From positions 372,001 through 436,000 of the forward strand of contig JBEWZL010000282.1 in NCBI GenBank assembly GCA_045837725.1: DNA of 64,000 nucleotides. The letters run 5' to 3'. This document shows positions 1 through 11,434 of this stretch, piece by piece. This DNA comes from Vermamoeba vermiformis (lineage: Eukaryota). The notes beneath the pieces were generated by a model. The model was not told where the DNA came from and made no database searches. It was given only the letters and a program-made list of their open reading frames with translations. A program made the translations under genes and the position numbers. Numbering within the stretch: position 1 is the first letter of the stretch; each line of letters starts with the position of its first letter.

Positions 1-377
1 GTCTGTTCGCGACTAGTGTAGGCATTGAGCGAGCCACCCATATTCTCGACTTCGAGTTCAATGTCTTGTTGGCTGCGCGATTGCGTGCCTTTGAAGGCCA
101 TGTGTTCCAAGAAGTGCGCCACACCGTTGTTCTTGTCAGTCTCGTACACTGAGCCAGCTGCAATCCACACACCAACAGTGGCTGTTTGACCAAAGCCGTC
201 TTCACTCACCACGCGGATCTTGTTCGCCAAAGTGGTCGAGCGAGTGGGCGGGAAGCTGGCCAAGTGGGGGACTACAATACCAGTGTGCACATTAGTAGCA
301 ACGTGAACTTGACGGGTTTGAGTATTTGTGAGTTTCTTGTTTTGGTTCTGAGAGAGAGCGGCCCAAGTGGTCTGCAT
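1..377 (-). CDS. PMPCB: Mitochondrial processing peptidase beta subunit (M16 family), 5' part; runs off the window start
   Basis: Minus-strand translation ...[34 protein letters not shown]...[16 protein letters not shown], with the inverted zinc motif HxxEH. In-frame ATG at 377; a possible extra upstream exon at 621-710 is described in findings. Confidence 0.93.
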   Translation of the reverse strand, partial: MQTTWAALSQNQNKKLTNTQTRQVHVATNVHTGIVVPHLASFPPTRSTTLANKIRVVSEDGFGQTATVGVWIAAGSVYETDKNNGVAHFLEHMAFKGTQSRSQQDIELEVENMGGSLNAYTSREQ

Positions 378-1022
378 CAACAGAAAATTAATTCAATAAC
401 CAGCGTTTGTGGGCATCAGAGTTCTAAATTTGTTGGCGATAATTATACAATTTATGTTATTGTCGAAACGCTATTAAAGAGAGTTATCAAAATAACACTC
501 TTGCAATAATAATTCATCTAAATCTGTCCAAAAAAATAATTATGCAATTTTACGCCACAAAATGACATGAAATATTACTTAGTAATTGATATATTCGTGA
601 TGAAATGAATAAATTGGTACCTTATTGCGACATCCAAGATTTTGCGAGATTTGAGCCTTGAGGTGTCTTGTTACAGAACCGACTCGAATTGATTTAATAG
701 CTCCAAGCACTTATTATGTATTATATAGCGCAACACCTGAATAAAATACAATACAGTTATTTTTGATAATGGTCAACAGAAATAAAAACGCAGATTGTAG
801 TTGTTGCTTGGGCGTTCATTCACTCCATCCACTACAATACTTACAATATATATGCCCTGCTTCTTCAGCACAAAAAAACGAATGGCCGTTTTGCGTCCGA
901 ACAGTTGGTGAAATCAGGATTATTTTGGTGCCCAGTGAATGCAGGGCTGGTGCCGAGTGGGCAGGACAAAAACAGATTTTCCTTGCTTGAAATTTATTTA
1001 GGGCTCATTCGAAGTTTTGATT

Positions 1023-1097
1023 GTATCCTTGCAACACCTCTTACGTCATTCTACTTAATTACTCCTTTAGTATTATTATCCTTAACTTCTTTTCCAG
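1023..1097 (+). other. Putative U12-type (minor spliceosome) GT-AG intron in the CAP 5' UTR
   Basis: 5' site GTATCCTT at 1023, branch motif TCCTTAAC at 1079-1086, CAG ending at 1097, 6 nt before the CAP ATG. Confidence 0.65.
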
Positions 1098-1103
1098 TTC
1101 ACG

Positions 1104-2704
1104 ATGTCGTTGGAATCTGTTATTGGTACCTTGGTTAAGCGTTTGGAGTCGGTTACTTCACGCTTGGAGGCCATTGAGAAGCAAGTTGGCAGTGGTAGTG
1201 GCTCTGCTGCACCCTCTGCACCCTCTGCTGCCTCTTCTGGTGGCTCTTCTGCCTCAGTCAACGACTTCGAGGATTTAATCAACGGTGCCTTCAAGGCTTA
1301 CGTCGCTGCTGCCAACAAGCTCGGTGGAGATCTTACCGCTCAAGTAAGTACTATTGGAGAATAAGCAGCGATTGGAGAATCTTGTTAATTGAGCAACATC
1401 CGATTAAAATTAAAAAATATCAAAAAAAATATTTTTATTAGGGTTGAAAGCCGTAAATTTCGCTTTATGGTATAAATATTAATATCTTGTTTGTGTAGGC
1501 CACTCTAGTTGAGAAAGCCGTGCAAGAATTGCACGATATTGTGGTTGCTGCCAGCAAAGCCAAGAAGCCGTCAGATGCTGAGCTGAACAACTTGACCGCC
1601 AACCTCAAGGCTCTCGCTGGTCAAATCGTCGAACACAAGGACAAATTGCGCACTTCCAAGCAATTCAACCACTTGTCCGCAGTCGCTGAAGGCATCAATG
1701 CCTTGTTGTGGGTGCTCGTGGCCCCCACACCTGGCCCCTTCGTCGCTGAAGCACGTGACAGCTCGACCTTCTACGTGAACAGAGTGCTCAAGGACCACAA
1801 GGGTGATGCTGACAACACCAATGTCGTCAACAACTGGGTCGCTTTCTTGAAGGAGATGGAAGCCTACATCAAGCGTCACCACACCACTGGCCTCACTTGG
1901 AATGCCAAGGGTGCTGCGCTCAGCGAAGTCGCCAAGCCCTCTGCCCCTGTTGCTGCTCCTCAATCGAGCGGTGGTGCTCCTCCTCCACCTCCTGGCCCTC
2001 CCCCACCACCTCTCGTGGTCGAGGCCGCTGAAGACCCCAATGCCCCTCCCTCCATGGGCGGTGTGTTCGCAGCCATCAATGCTGGCAACTTGACTGGTGG
2101 CTTGAAGAAGGTCACCAAAGAGATGAAGTCCAAGAACAACCCGGACAAGTCGAGCGTGGTGCCCGACACTGTGGGCAAGAAGACTGCTGCTCCCGCTGCT
2201 GCGAAGAAGACTGCGCCCAAGAAGCCTCCAGTGTTGGCTCTCGAAGGTCAAAAGTGGAAGGTCGAGTTCCAAGAGAACAATCAAGCTCTCGCCATCACTC
2301 CCAACCACTTCAAGGAAGTCGTCTATGTCTATCGCTGCGAGAACAGTGTCTTGCAAATTGACGGCAAGATCAACAGCATCATGGTCGACAGCTGCAAGAA
2401 GGTTGCCATCGTCTTCGACAACGCTGTGGCCTCGGTTGAAATTGTGAACAGCAGTGGCATGCAAGTGCAATGCAAGGGTGAAGTACCCTCTGTTGCCGTG
2501 GACAGAACTTCTGGCTGCCAGATCTACTTGACCGAGACTGGTGCCCCCAAGACTGACATCTACACCTCCGAATCATCTGAAATTAACATTTGCATCACCA
2601 AGCCCGATGCTGATCTCGTTGAATTCCCCGTGCCCACTCAATACAAGTCCAACTACATCAATGGCCAATTGGTCACTGAGGTCGTCAAGCACACTGGTGT
2701 GTAA
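1104..2704 (+). CDS. CAP: Adenylyl cyclase-associated protein (CAP/Srv2); exons 1104-1343 and 1499-2704
   Basis: N-terminal RLE repeats (LVKRLESVTSRLEAIE), FNHLSAVAEGI, HHTTGLTWN, poly-Pro, WH2-like GLKKVT and a C-terminal CARP domain. The GTAAGT...TAG intron keeps frame. Confidence 0.96.
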
Positions 2705-2824
2705 ATCAAGCCTGCTGAGCGTTGCCTGCGAGTGACACTCTCAACACGGACACGCGGTGTCTGTTTGTGTTTTTATTAACAAAAATAAACCTTTATATTA
2801 TTATTACTCCACGACCACGAATAC

Positions 2825-4382
2825 TTAATAGTTCTTGGCGCGGTACAACAACAAGTAAGCAATGTGCCAGTCACCGAGCGCACCAGTCAGCTTGCCAATG
2901 TCCTCGCGCGTCACTGCACTCACCTTGTCGTCGTCGTACAACAGCCAATCGTTCTCGTCGTGACTCTGACGCACCCACGCGACGTAGTGCCCGCTGTCTG
3001 CTGCGCGGCCCTTGTGCGACAGTACTCCCATCAGTTCGTACATGCCTGTGCGGTTCTCGCGAATGGAGTGATCGACTGTGAGCTCTGTGCCCTCTAGTTT
3101 GCTCTTGTTGATGCGATCGCGTTCAGGCTGCAGCTTGGCCTTGAGCTCATCCGTGCACAAGTCAAACATGTCCAGCACGAAGGGGAACTCAACTTTGCGC
3201 AGAATTTTTGACTTGGTCTTGGCTTGTTGCTTCCAAAAGAAGCGCACGAACTGCACATTGAGGTAGAAGGGAAGCTTTGAGATGCGGAATGTCTTGAGGT
3301 AGTTGGCAGTGCGCTGCAGCGAGGGCGAATTCTTTTCAATCTTCTCTTCGAGTCCTTGCTTGAGTCCGTCGTACAAGAAGTTGACAGCTTCGGTGATGTG
3401 ACACGGCAACTTCTCGAACTTCTCGGTGCTGTGCGTCACTGGCTCTTCGGGGGCATCGAGACACTTCATGGTGGACTGGTACTCGCCTTCGAACAGCTCG
3501 GTGATGGCGTTGCTGTTCTGATTGGTGCTGTTCGTCAACTTCTTCAAGCACCACATCAGCTGCGTGAAGGCCTCTTCAGCATCTTGTTGCATGTACTTGC
3601 CGTTCTCTTGCTGCGCGAATTGTGGGAACGCGCTTCTGAAGAGCTGCAGTGCGCTGTTAGTGCCAATATATATAGACTAGTGTGGGGGCTACTCACCAAC
3701 AGGAACTCGAGCGGCATCACTGAAGTGGCACTCTTCTCCATGTCCGCCATCAGCTTGCGGAATGCAGCAGTGGTGGTGACGCCAGGGTCGGTGTTGTTCG
3801 TGGCCGCAGGACGCCACTGCACCAGACTCTCGCGCAGCTCGGGCACGGCACGCAAGTACTGGATAGTGCTGTTCAGATAGCAGGTGTTGCCCAAGTTGAC
3901 GAGACCCCCTGGGTGCCCGAGATCCTTCTCAGGGGCAAGATCCTCCACGAATACTGTCTTGGTGGTGGGTTGAGCCAGCAGGGGATCTGAAGTGCCCATA
4001 AGCATAAAAGTCGCGCCACTTTTCAGCGCCAATTTGCTCCATTCGGTATCATCCTGATGTCCGTTAATATTTGCATGATGCCATTCAATCAATATCTTAC
4101 CTTGATGGTAGTTCCCTTAATCATCACTAAAAATGAAAATTTTTTAATTTAAAACTAATAATTCAATTTAAATTTACAAGCACTTACACTTCTGGCGCTC
4201 TGGCGGTACATTTGTGAGTGTATATATTTGGCTTTTAAAAACAACAGGCGACTCATTGAGATCGAGGTCGACATCTTTGTATGTCTCCTTCTGCCACTTG
4301 ATGTTTACTAGATAGCAATGTGAGATGGCATATTTAAAGCGCGTATATAGTGTATAGTCAAGGTACCTTTGATGGTGCTCAT
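2825..4382 (-). CDS. USP14: Ubiquitin C-terminal hydrolase USP14/Ubp6 (UBL + USP domains), 5 exons
   Basis: MSTIK/VNIKWQKE..VPPERQK UBL domain, GLVNLGNTCYLNS Cys box, QQDAEE, and HKGRAADSGHYVAW His box. Confidence 0.95.
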
Positions 4383-4533
4383 TGTGCGGTGCTTGCAAAT
4401 GACTGGTTTGCACCACGCAAATTTTATTCACGACCCTGACCTGCACGGCTACGCGATACTGCAATGACAAGAGCTCATGGTCTATATATACTATGACTAT
4501 AGTAGTAGTGTAGATGAAGGCGGCTGAGCGCTA

Positions 4534-4573
4534 GCGCGGGAAGTTAAGAATTCTCTGCCTCCCTGCAGGGAGG
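4534..4573. promoter_or_regulatory. E2F-like site and 16-bp palindrome in the USP14/DKC1 divergent promoter
   Basis: GCGCGGGAA at 4534-4542 and perfect palindrome CCTCCCTGCAGGGAGG at 4558-4573, within a 287-bp head-to-head spacer. Confidence 0.3.
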
Positions 4574-4669
4574 AAATTATCTGACCGACAAAAGCCGAAC
4601 AGTTCCAAACAGTTCTGCTCGCTCGTTGGATCTGATCACTATAATATAGTAGCGCTATAATTATCAAAG

Positions 4670-6350
4670 ATGAGCGACGAATTCGTTATTAAGCCCTCCA
4701 AGACCCCTGAATCTGACACATCAGAATGGCCAATTTTGCTTCGCGTACGTGCCTTCAAAATATTTTAAATATATAAAAAATCATGTATAACACAATGTAT
4801 ACGCATTTTAATTCATATTTATAGCCACAAAATAATTTAAACTGATCTTTATTTGCGATCAGAATTTTGATAAGCTCCAAGTGCGCGAGGGACACTTCAC
4901 ACCCATCCCTAGCGGTTACAGTCCACTTAAGAGACCTATTGATGAATATGTCAGGTAATTATCAATTTTTTGCGTATCCACCGAGATGATAGATGATGCG
5001 ATTTAAAGTTGAACGGCAAGAAGAAATTGTTTGTAAATTCACCTCGCCCATTAATTTAACCAATATTTATGTGGATGATCTTCACGTATCTCGCGATGAT
5101 TACTAATCTCAATTGCACTGCGCAGATATGGTGTGATCAACTTGGACAAGCCAGCCAATCCCAGCAGTCACGAAGTAGTCGCTTGGATTCGTCGTATATT
5201 GAAGGTAGAGAAGACTGGTCACAGCGGTACTCTCGATCCTAAGGTTACTGGCTGTCTGATCGTCTGCGTGGATCGTGCGACACGTTTGGTCAAGTCGCAA
5301 CAAGGTGCCGGCAAGACCTACGTCTGCATTCTGCGTCTGCACGCACCCGTGGAGTTGGATCCGCTCAAGCGCGCACTGGAAACACTGCGCGGTGCTCTCT
5401 ATCAACGCCCGCCCTTGATCTCAGCCGTGAAGCGTCGCTTGAGAGTGCGCACGATCTACGACTCGACGCTGATTGAGTACGACCAAGAGCGTCACTTGGC
5501 CGTGTATCGCGTGGACTGCGAGGCTGGCACGTACATCCGAACACTGTGCGTGCACTTGGGTCTCGTGCTCGGTGTGGGCGGTCACATGCAAGAGCTGCGT
5601 CGTGTGCGCTCAGGCTCGATCAGCGAGGACATGGGCATTGTGACCATGCACGACGTGCTCGATGCGCAGTGGGTGTACGAGAACGAGAAGGACGAGACCT
5701 ACTTGCGTCGCGTGATCAAGCCCCTGGAGATCTTGCTCACCGATTACAAGCGCATTGTGGTCAAGGACAGCTGCGTGAATGCCATCTGCTACGGCGCCAA
5801 ACTCATGTTGCCCGGTCTGTTGCGCTTCGACTCGGAGATCAATGTCGATGACGTCGTCGTGTTGATGACCACCAAGGGCGAGGCGATTGCACTCGGTGTG
5901 GCGCAAATGACTGCCTCAGTGATGGCGACTTGTGATCACGGCGTGGTAGCCAAGATCAAGCGCGTCATCATGGAGCGCGACACCTATCCGCGTCGTTGGG
6001 GTCTCGGTCCGCGCGCGGTGATGAAGAAGAAGATGATTCAGGACGGCAAGCTCGACAAGTACGGCAAGCCCAACACGAACACACCCAAGGACTGGGTCGA
6101 GAACTACGTGGACTTGAGCGATCCTAATGCCCAGCCCATCTTTGGCAAGGGTCCCAAAGAACCTGTGGCCCCGGATGCGACTAACGACGGCATGGAGGTG
6201 TCTGAAGAGAAGAAGAAGGACAAGAAGAAGGACAAGAAGGACAAGAAAGAGAAGAAGCACAAGAAGGAGAAGAAGCGCAAGCACGAGTCGAATGAAGAGG
6301 ACAGCACTGAACAGCCCAAGAAAAAGAAGTCGAAGAAGTCAGATGAGTAA
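4670..6350 (+). CDS. DKC1: Dyskerin / H/ACA pseudouridine synthase Cbf5, 3 exons
   Basis: [15 protein letters not shown].., [34 protein letters not shown] domain and a K-rich KKD/E tail. Confidence 0.97.
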
Positions 6351-6583
6351 AATAATATGGTTAATATCGTAATATAAATATAGCGCTATAAATTTAAAAT
6401 ACTGTCTTGCGTACTTCCTGTTAAAGCAGTTCACCCTAACAGATCTGTTTCGTTCGGTGAATTGTCGCGGAATTTTGTTTCGGCAAGCTGCTTTGTGCAC
6501 GGGCTGATTAATCAATAATAATAATATTGTAGTATAGTACACAACTCTGTATATAGTGTAAATTTGTATAGCTCTCTGCTCAC

Positions 6584-8705
6584 ATGGCTGATATAGAGAG
6601 TGGCAAGCAAGAGGCGTACACCCTCTTAGAAGAACACGATCAGTTCACTGGCGCCAAGTTGAATTTAAATAGCTTTTTAGCAAAGGTAATTATTGTGCCA
6701 ATATTCAATAATTATTACAATTAACGAATTCGACGGGGAGATGGGAAAAAGAATAAGACCATAATTCTTGTATTACAGGTGTACAAATATTACAATGGCA
6801 AAGGATTATTTTGTATGATGTTGGCGCGTATATTAACCGTAATGTAAGGAATTATAATTATTTTAATTAATTATTTTGTAATTCGTTCAATTTCGGATGA
6901 AATTTTATGCTCTGATTAACCACGTTAACTTTTAGTGCTTATGGTTTCTTGCTGTTTTGGGTGCTATTTTTGGCAGCATTTGTGGACTACGAAGAGTTGT
7001 TTTCCTCTTATTCCTTGCCCAAAGCAGTCAAATTCGATGTGGACAGAATACATCCGGTGCTCGCCCTATTCGAGATATTATTTGGCAGTTTCTGGCTGTG
7101 GATGTTCATCAAGCTACCACTAACATGGCGCGAGTACTGGGAGATACGAGCCTTCTATCGCGATCAACTGCACATTACCTCGTCCGATCTGCAGTGGATG
7201 CGCTGGAATGAAGTGACGCAACGCTTGAGTCAAATCAAAGAGCTGTCGTGGAGCAAAGACGAGCTGACTGCCCTCGACATTGCCAACATCATCATGCGTC
7301 GCGAGAACTACTGGATCGCACTGATCAATCACAACGTGCTGTCGCTGCCCTCGTGGACGATGAGTGGTCAGATATTCGAGTGGGGCGTCACACTGGCCGT
7401 GTTTGACTTGCTCACTTCACCCACACAGGGTGTCAGACTCGATGTCCTGCGCGCACACAACGACACACTCGCGCGTCGGCTGGCCCATCGATCGCGCGTG
7501 CTGGGTGTGTTGGGACTGGTGCTCGCGCCCTTCGTGTTGCTGGCACTGCTCGCCACTGCACTCGCGCGCTACGGCCCCGAACTGCGCTCACGACCCTCGG
7601 CCCTCGCACTGCGCGGCTGGACTGGCCACGCGCGCTGGATGTTCCGCGACTTCAACGAACTGCCGCACTACTGCGACGAGCGACTGGACAAGGCGTACAA
7701 GCCTGCGAGCAAGTACATCGACTCGTTCCAGTCCTACGCACTCACGCTGCTCGCCAAGTTCGCGCTGTTCGTGCTGGGTGCCGTGCTGATCGTGTTCATC
7801 GTGCTGTCGCTGATCAACGACACGGTGCTCACGCGCATGGAGATTATACCAGGGCACTGGACAGCGATCATGTTCTTGGGTGTGCTCGGCTCGGCATTTG
7901 CAGTGGTGCGCGGACTGTTGCCTGACGAGCCTGGCGGTGAAGATCCCAACGAGCTCATGCTGCAGATTGCTGGCCTCACGCATCAACTGCCAGACACGTG
8001 GATCGATCGCGCGCACACCTTTGAAGTGCGCGATCACTTCTCCGCGCTGTTTCAGCTGCGCATTGTGCTCTTCTTGCAAGAACTGTTCAGCGTCCTCACG
8101 ACTCCGCTGCTGCTCTTGTTCGTGCTGCCAAAACGAGCGCGTAAGTACCTTCCTTATTTGGCTGTGGCTAAAAATAGCGCTGATCACGTGATTACAGAGA
8201 ACATTGTCGACTTCTTCAACGAGTTCACCGTCTTTCAAGAAGGTCTCGGTCCTGTCTGCAAATTTGCAACTTTTGATCTCTCCGAACACGGCAACAAAGA
8301 GGTACGTGACACGTGTCAATCAATATTTGCAGGTCCTAATAATAGCTGCAGTACGGTGCCACCAAATCAACGGAGGATCCGCACAAGCAAACCAAGCACG
8401 GCAAGCTCGAGATGTCCATTGTGAACTTCAAAGCGCATTACCCAGAATGGCAATCACGTGACTGCGAAGAATTGTTGCAACGTGCCACTGAAGTTGACGA
8501 GGAAGAACTGCTGAGCACGCCGATGGATCGCAGCACAATGACACGCACGCTGCTCATGCACAAAGTGGCACACAACGCGCGCTCAGACCCCTCGCTGCGC
8601 AGTCACTACTACCCGACCTCGCTGCTCAATATCAACACGATGCAGCGCTCACGTCGCTCGTCTTCGGGCCTGTCCCCTGTCATCTTGGAGAGTCACGAGG
8701 AGTGA
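6584..8705 (+). CDS. ATG9: Autophagy protein ATG9 (lipid scramblase), 5 exons
   Basis: VYKYYNGKGL, LTALDIANIIMRRENYWIAL, FRDFNELPH, ELFSVLTTPLLL, GLGPVCKFATFD and GKLEMSIVNF. Confidence 0.93.
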
Positions 8706-8780
8706 TGTGTATTGTACAGTAATAATATTCAATAAAAGAACGCAATAACTATGTACAATGTTTATTTAAGAGCGCCCTAT

Positions 8781-11225
8781 TTACCGCTGGAACAGCTGAT
8801 CGAACATCTGATCGGCGCTGGTGATGGAAGTGGAGGCGATGAGGAGGTGCGAGTGTTGCGTGTGCGGGGACTGTTGGAACACTTCTTTGAGCTCTTTGAC
8901 CTCGCTCCAAGTGATGCCACCAACCACAAAGACAATCAAGTTCTTGTTGTCTGTGGGACGTGGTTTGGAATGAAAGCCAAACTTGCTGTTCAGACGTTAG
9001 TGATCATAAGAACAAGGTGGGTGAGCGATGGCTAACAGTACCTGAACCCTTTCTTCAACAGCCCCTTGATAGAATACGACAGTTTCTTTAGGTCTGTCAG
9101 TTCGTGCTCGCGCTGATTGAGCACGTGATCGAGCACTTGACGTGTCAGTGCAGTGTATGTTTTGACACCTGTCGAGGTGTCTTTCATCAGTGAGCGATAG
9201 TCGCGCAGTCCAGTCCGCTGTGCGGTGATGGCGGTGAGTCGATCGATCACGTGCTCAATCTCGTCTTCGAGCTCCAACTGTACTTGCTGTCGTGTGTTTG
9301 CAGCCTCTTCGTTATTTGCTGTGTCCATCACTACGCGCTCGAGTTGTTCGCGCAAGACTGAATTCAACCACGTGACTGGTCGAGACTGCCAACAGATTAG
9401 TATTGCCATAAATGGCAAGCCTTGCACTTACAGGTGGCTGTTTGAAGTTGAGCAGTGTCGTGACGAGAAATTTCTTGATCTGCGCCGTGTCCTCCCAGCC
9501 CAGTGTCTGTTCGGTCAGTGAACTGTACAGCACGCACAGCATAATGAAATCTCTAGCGGAGATCACCGCAATGTCGTACGGATCACGTGCCGGATCACGT
9601 GGAGCAGTGCTGTTGATGAAGGTCTGATTGATGAGGTCCATGAACTGCGCGAATGAAGTGCGGTGTCCAGTGCGCTGATTGGTGGTGAGTGTCAGGCGCA
9701 CAATCAACATGAGTGCCTCGTGATAGCGATCGCTGTCACGTGACTGCACTGCTTGCAGAGCCACGCGCATCAACAGCAGCACGTGGTGGTGCGTGAAGGC
9801 CACATCGGGACACTGCGCGACAATGCTCTTCAACAGCTCGAGCGTGGATTTGACACTCGGCGCACTGTGTGACACGTTGACAGGTTTATCTCGGGCAATC
9901 TCCGCTGTCAACAAGCGCTTGACTTCAATGAGCAGTTCTTTGCTCTTCTTGCTGATCAGTGAGTTCAGCAGCTGTTGCGCGAGTGGCTTGACTGGCACTG
10001 TCAGGGGCCACGTGACTCGCAGCTCGCGCGGGAGATCGAGTTGTGGCACTGCACCACGTGACTGCGGTGTCAAAAGACTGATGACATCATGGCCCTGGGA
10101 GTCCACCAGGGCTTGAATGCTGTCCATTACATTGTCAGCTCCAAATTTAGCAGGTGCCACCAAATCGAATGTCTGCAAAAGAGTTGAGACAGCGTCATGA
10201 CACGAGTCAAACAGTGGTTCTTACGCGATCAATCAACAGCAGTGACACGGGACCAATGTCCGCGCTCTGTGTCTCGTGCTCGTGTTGTGCGCTGTGCTGT
10301 GCAATCACGGCCATGAGCTCATTGCCGATCAGATCGGAGGTAGCTCCGAGCACGTAACAGTCCACGTGATCGGTTGACAGCTTGACATCGAGCACGTGCA
10401 GCATGTCTTTGAGTGCGTGCACGCAATGCTTGAGATCTCGCTTGACACTTGCTGGCAACTGATCGACGTCGATGCTGTGACACGTGTCAATCGATGGGAC
10501 ATTGCCATAAATGGAAAGTGGCACTTACCGATCTTGAGCGTCTTTCCACTGCGGTTCAATGACAGGAAAACACTGGCAATGACTGACGAGCACATCCACG
10601 GGCTGAGCAGCACCAGTCACGTGCTCGACTAGCCGTTCAGTGAATGCGAGTGGCAGGTGTTCAATGCGCACGTGACTGTTCGCAGTGAGTCGTGGTGACA
10701 GCAAGCTAGGACAGTACTTACGCAGTGCGGTGATGTTTGCTCATCCAGTTGTGCAAGGTCGAGCTGTACGTCAAATACGCATCGTTCATGCCGCTGTGTG
10801 CCTCACTCGATTGCGTGCAGTACACGCGACACTGCTGCAGCGCGGAGGTCGCTTGGATCACGCGCTCAAACACTGCCTCCCACGCACTCAGCTCCGCATC
10901 TGAGTGCTTGGTGAGTAATTATTTTTGATGTACAATGTGTGGCCTCACCTAATATAAATATAGCACACTCCGCGTCTTCTATGATATTGAGCTGATCTAA
11001 ATTATTTTGTAGGTCCACAGAAATTACAGATCTCAAGGTGGTAAGAGAGTGAAAATAATCTGAAATATCTATATTGCTATCGACATATATTGCTTTCTTT
11101 TGTTCTGTGTTTAAGACGGCATCTAACTTTTGCCAAACATTTTTTCTCCATCCAGCGAGTGACAACGCAGCTCTGCTTTGATCTGTCTTTTGACTCGTAA
11201 TATTTTCTTTCAATAAGTTCCACAT
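8781..11225 (-). CDS. SCFD2: Sec1-family domain protein (SCFD2/MIP3-like), about 7 exons
   Basis: Spliced ORFs include VSLLLIDR/TFDL and the C-terminal LIVFVVGGITWSEV motif typical of SM proteins; otherwise divergent. Confidence 0.7.
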
Positions 11226-11434
11226 GCTCTTTGTTGTGGCTCGTCAGGTCGCAGAATCAAAATAACTTGACAATGGCAGATCTGACGTCACTGGCGCACT
11301 GAAATTTCAACGATGATTAAAAAACGAATAGTGTACTGCCCTCAATAACGGCTATTAAATACTGTAAGATATAAGGATAGTAATTACAAGCAGTTTAATT
11401 GTCCACAGTGGCTATATCACATATGCTACAGTAC

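Noticed and set aside
4955..5125. Possible intronic snoRNA in DKC1 intron 2 (several GATGAT, ATCCAC/GTGGAT stem)
   Set aside because: No CTGA D box and no convincing H/ACA hairpin pair; an Infernal or snoscan run would be needed.
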